Virus record (IMG/VR): IMGVR_UViG_3300035136_000050
Span: 1 to 57,599 of that record
Strand: one strand, 5' to 3'
Length of the DNA: 57,599 nt
Source: a virus
Lineage: Duplodnaviria; Caudoviricetes
Shown: piece by piece, positions 57,227 to 57,599 of the stretch
Layout of the letters: the number at the start of each line of letters is the position of its first letter
Position numbering within the stretch: the stretch's first letter is position 1
Translations under genes and position numbers: made by a program
Notes under the pieces: generated by a model
Told to the model about the DNA's origin: nothing
The model's database searches: none
Seen by the model: the letters and a program-made list of their open reading frames with translations, nothing else

Positions 57227-57253
57227 GCTCATATAACCTGTTGTTATGTGTAC
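57227..57253 (+). other. dif/lox-like site N
   Basis: GCTCATATAA-CCTGTTG-TTATGTGTAC. Confidence 0.8.
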
Positions 57254-57303
57254 TGGATATTGGGGATTAGGGATTGGGAATGTCACATGTGGAGTGAGAG
57301 TAG

Positions 57304-57599
57304 ATGGCTGTTGAGCTAGGGTCGGCTTATGGACAGATAATCCTGGATGCCAGTGGAGTGCAACAGGGGGCGGGGCAGGCCAAGGGGGCGCTGGGGGGGT
57401 TGCAGGGCACGCTGGCGGGCGTGGGAGAGACGCTTACCAAGCGCGTGACGTTGCCGCTGGTGGGGGTGGGGGTGGCGGCGGCGAAGGTGGCCGGGGATTT
57501 TGAGGCCCAGATGGCGACGTTGAGCGTAGCAGCACGTGGGTCAAGCGTGTCGCTGGAAACGTTGCGCGAGGCCGCGTTAAAGACAGGCGCGGACACATC
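57304..57599 (+). CDS. Tape measure protein N-terminus (continues at window start)
   Basis: MAVELGSAYGQIILDASG...AAAKVAGDFEAQM. Confidence 0.9.
   Translation, partial: MAVELGSAYGQIILDASGVQQGAGQAKGALGGLQGTLAGVGETLTKRVTLPLVGVGVAAAKVAGDFEAQMATLSVAARGSSVSLETLREAALKTGADT
57474..57599. repeat. Terminal direct repeat, right copy
   Basis: Identical to 28-153. Confidence 0.95.

Noticed and set aside
6263-57253. Lattice as a CRISPR array, integron or canonical XerCD dif
   Set aside because: Sites are kilobases apart with no cas genes, lack attC hairpins, have a 7-bp rather than 6-bp spacer and lack the TTATGTTAAAT XerD arm
250-57596. Numerous long antisense and alternate-frame ORFs in the track
   Set aside because: Pro/Arg-rich shadows caused by high GC and strand skew; no motifs

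Overview
The window is an apparently complete, circularly permuted temperate tailed-phage genome. Bases 28-153 are identical to 57474-57599, giving a unit length of about 57,446 bp, and the break falls inside the tape-measure gene. The + strand carries lysis, terminase, portal, a protease-capsid fusion, head-tail and siphovirus-type tail genes. A long - strand block (about 10.4-31.5 kb) carries replication and accessory genes: DnaB, DnaC-like loader, AAA helicase, PolX, ParB, membrane FtsK-like ATPase, HerA-like ATPase and a DNA methylase. The centre has an XRE repressor, two tyrosine recombinases and an attP core equal to the 3' half of tRNA-Val(CAC). A Chloroflexota-like host is inferred, not shown. 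The main unexplained signal is 13 copies of a dif/lox-like inverted-repeat site (consensus about CAGGGCAnRTAA-N7-TTATGTGnnCTG). Each copy has a different 7-bp spacer, and they sit mostly at gene-module boundaries roughly every 4-5 kb round the circle, with two extra half-sites directly upstream of the integrase. Other leads: parS-like palindromes at four loci, a UGA-for-Cys codon with a SECIS-like hairpin in the head-morphogenesis gene, a mini-protein of two tandem recombinase catalytic-Tyr motifs, an EAD7-like domain in the lysis cassette, and several strand-polarised repeat families. All calls come from manual motif reading; no searches were run.
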